Source: a virus (lineage: Duplodnaviria > Caudoviricetes). From it: a DNA stretch of 50,740 nt. Under the pieces are notes generated by a model that made no database searches, had not been told where the DNA came from, and saw only the letters and a program-made list of their open reading frames with translations. Shown here piece by piece: positions 48,309 through 50,740 of the stretch. A program made the translations under genes and the position numbers. The DNA is taken from positions 1 through 50,740 of IMG/VR virus record IMGVR_UViG_3300033067_001948. One strand, 5' to 3'. Position 1 is the stretch's first letter; the number at the start of each line of letters is the position of its first letter.

Positions 48309-49622
48309 TCATAGGGTGACCTCAGCGGCCACCTGTTTTCGCAGCAGCCCCTCAGCTTCGGCGTACAGCTTCTCTTTGGGCCACATGGCCGCCACAGAAA
48401 ACTGCTGTTTCAGCTCTCGCGAGGCCGCCTCCAGCCTGCGTTTTCGCTCGGCCGGGTCGAGGTGCTTCAACCGCTCCTCTATCGCCTTGTCGAGAGCCGC
48501 CTGATCCAGAGTGCGCACCGTGGCCCGCTCTTCGGCCTGCATTCCGTTGAGCGGAGCGGAGGAGACGGGGCGCACCCTGGAGGCGATTCTCACGCAGTTA
48601 TCTACCACGACTGAGAGGAAGGGATAGCTCCTGAACCGTGGCAGATGCGAGGCAAGAGACTGCGCGAACTCGGACAACGGAAAGCCGGCCTTGTGAAGGC
48701 GCGCGGCTTGAGAAGAAATGAGATCGGGAGGTGGCATCTCCCGAAGTTTTGGCGAGAGCAGATCGGAAACCAGGTTGAATGCGGCGGCTTCGTACTGCTT
48801 GAGAGGTGGGATAGAACCGGGGGGCGGAGCGGGATCAGCGAGGGTGAGACTCAGAACACCGTCTTTTCCTGCGGGCTCAAGCTGAAAAGCGTATCCGCTG
48901 GTGTTCTTTACCGTGATGGAGTGAACGGGGGCGGGAAGTGCGACCGGAGCGGCAGGCTGATCGGATGGGAAAACGGATATCGCAGGGACCTTAAACTCTT
49001 TTGTGTCAACAGTCTTCGCCTTTTTATCACCCAATTGAGTTGGGGTTTCTTGCGGTGTTCCGAAGTGACCGCAGCGAATCGGACACTGATGATTATCGCA
49101 GGCTTCAGAGATCGGCAGCGTTGTTTCTTCGCCGGCCTTAGTGATTGTAACGATCGGCTCTGGATCGGGCTCTGGAGCTACGGGAACGGCATTTTTGGAG
49201 GCCTTCCGAGGTTTGTTACTGACGGCCGCACGGCTTACCCGCACGTCGGGATCCTGCACCCATCTGGTCCAATTTTCAACGGCAAGGCGGTAGGCCTTCG
49301 TGGCGCCGCGGCCGCGGCCTTCCGGTTGGGTGGGCTCGATCAGCTTGTTGACCTCCAGCGACTTGATCGCCAGAGAAACGCCGTTCGGTGTGGCTCCCAC
49401 CATCTTGGCCAGATCGCTGTGACTCAACCGAGCGCGTTCCGGCCGTCCGTGTTCTTTGTCGCCGACAGTCTTGCTGTGGATCGCGAGCAGTACCAGCCCC
49501 TCGATGTGTTCTAGTCCTGGCAGAACCTCCTGGATTACGATGTTGGCAACAGCGCTCCAGTCACCAGCTGGTCTATACCAGTTCGGCAGGGGAACCGATG
49601 ATACTGCGGCGGCGCGGGACAA
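48309..49622 (-). CDS. putative replication initiator with N-terminal winged HTH
   Basis: LVLLAIHSKT...LSHSDLAKMVGATPNGVSLAIKSLEVNKLI...YRL, lambda-O-like layout; start uncertain. Confidence 0.65.
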   Translation of the reverse strand: MSRAAAVSSVPLPNWYRPAGDWSAVANIVIQEVLPGLEHIEGLVLLAIHSKTVGDKEHGRPERARLSHSDLAKMVGATPNGVSLAIKSLEVNKLIEPTQPEGRGRGATKAYRLAVENWTRWVQDPDVRVSRAAVSNKPRKASKNAVPVAPEPDPEPIVTITKAGEETTLPISEACDNHQCPIRCGHFGTPQETPTQLGDKKAKTVDTKEFKVPAISVFPSDQPAAPVALPAPVHSITVKNTSGYAFQLEPAGKDGVLSLTLADPAPPPGSIPPLKQYEAAAFNLVSDLLSPKLREMPPPDLISSQAARLHKAGFPLSEFAQSLASHLPRFRSYPFLSVVVDNCVRIASRVRPVSSAPLNGMQAEERATVRTLDQAALDKAIEERLKHLDPAERKRRLEAASRELKQQFSVAAMWPKEKLYAEAEGLLRKQVAAEVTL

Positions 49623-49756
49623 AGGCTACACACTCCTTCATGTCGCTCCTTCAGGCGCAGCTATCCTACTTACCGTATTCTCCTTTTCTTCACCTTCTGC
49701 CGTCCTCCACAAAAGTTTACATAATACATGAACTCGCGGAGTTATCGGAAGCTGGC

Positions 49757-49969
49757 TCAGGTTGTGGAAGGATTTACGGTACTTTTGGACTCTGCCTCGC
49801 CTTGAAAGGAAGCGTGTTTTTTTGCCTGGCGAGCACGAACACCACGCATAGCGATGTCGCGGCGAACTTCGGCAGAGCGCCTGGACTGTGCGACCAGTCC
49901 GCCCTTCCGCCCCATCGTGCGGGCGGCCGAAGACATCGAATCGACTATTTGTTTCTGTTCTGTACTCAC
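49757..49969 (-). CDS. second small basic GRKGG-motif protein
   Basis: AARTMGRKGGLVAQSRRSAEVRRDIAMRGVRAR. Confidence 0.7.
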   Translation of the reverse strand: MSTEQKQIVDSMSSAARTMGRKGGLVAQSRRSAEVRRDIAMRGVRARQAKKHASFQGEAESKSTVNPSTT

Positions 49970-49988
49970 CTTACTACTCGGATGCTCA

Positions 49989-50017
49989 ATCCTAACCTAG
50001 CGACATGTTTAATGCAA
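49989..50017 (-). promoter_or_regulatory. sigma70-like promoter TTGCAT-N17-TAGGAT
   Basis: -35 at 50017-50012, -10 at 49994-49989. Confidence 0.6.
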
Positions 50018-50040
50018 GAGATTTTTTCGAAATAGAAGTT

Positions 50041-50124
50041 AAACCCCAACCCGGGTTGGGGTTTATTCGATGAATGAAGCCCCAACTCTGGTTGGGGTAT
50101 ACCTCCCAACTCCAGTTGGGGTTT
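50041..50124. repeat. three palindromes CCCAAC-N4-GTTGGG
   Basis: copies at about 50041-50064, 50079-50098, 50103-50122. Confidence 0.9.
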
Positions 50125-50170
50125 TCGACGCCGGTATCCTTATATGTTTTTTAGAGAGTAGAGAAATATA

Positions 50171-50213
50171 GTAGGTAGTAGGTAGTTCGAAGAAGAGAAC
50201 ACCTACTACCTAC
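50171..50213. repeat. perfect 13-bp inverted repeat
   Basis: GTAGGTAGTAGGT-N17-ACCTACTACCTAC. Confidence 0.85.
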
Positions 50214-50237
50214 CCCTTCCCGGAATCGAACCCGGAA

Positions 50238-50740
50238 TCAGGCAGCCCTGCAAAGACGGACCGCGAACTGATCGTGCAGAATGCCCAATAGCTCGTACTG
50301 CTCGACATAATCCAGCGCTCCCAGTTCCCGATCGAGCATCTGCCTGATGCGTGCCTCAACCTCGCGCATCGGAGGTTTCGGAACCGGCAGCCGGGAAGAT
50401 TGAATCGCCCGCGTCGCGATAGGCGCCAGGTCTCTCGCCCAACACCAGCTTATCGGCGACCGTGCGACCGAGTTCCTTCCACTCGCCACTATCGAGTGTC
50501 CAGATCAACCACAGATTTCCTTCCTTGTGCCTTTTCCAGCCGCCAGTGCTTCCGGCGGGCGGTCCGGCATGTTCGAGGATCACCGGGACCTTCGGATACT
50601 CTGGAGTCGGGAAAAGGTCGGACATCTGGATGGATGCTCCGGGTCGCAAAAACTTACCGACGAAATCGAACCCGGATGTTGCTTTGGGCAGGACGTCGAG
50701 CAGGAGCTTGACGAATGCGGTTTGGTTACGAGTGGCGGAG
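50238..50740 (-). CDS. 5'-truncated hypothetical gene, apparently frameshifted near 50450
   Basis: open frame from the edge (SATRNQTAFVKLLLD...GEWKELGRTVA); protein-like sequence continues in another frame (WARDLAPIA...LHDQFAVRL). Confidence 0.45.

Noticed and set aside
50041-50124. Mini CRISPR array
   Set aside because: Only three short palindromes with very short unequal gaps and no cas genes

Overview
The window is a large part, possibly nearly all, of a GC-rich podovirus-like (P22/T7-type architecture) phage genome. Bryobacterales/Acidobacteriota is the inferred host, based only on recalled protein-family resemblance. Layout: a leftward early operon (1-2481: LuxR HTH, KTSC); a divergent leaderless promoter/operator switch (2481-2570); a rightward block with a FimB/FimE-like tyrosine recombinase, a FliA-like sigma factor and DUF3102; terminase, portal, scaffold and capsid (10340-18229); head appendage and fibre genes; three adaptor-like paralogues, a nozzle, a tailspike, a GNAT and three ejection proteins (to 45188); and a leftward block (HNH, Dam, HTH replication protein, palindromic origin-like array). 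Three observations stand out. (1) Many fibre/tailspike-like proteins carry Sec-type signal peptides and closely paired cysteines, suggesting virion appendages are exported and folded outside the cytoplasm. (2) A GGCAA-N10-start-codon motif precedes many late genes, suggesting leaderless late promoters read by the phage sigma factor. (3) Small GRKGG-motif proteins sit where CI/Cro would be expected. All calls come from reading the sequence by eye; no searches were run.
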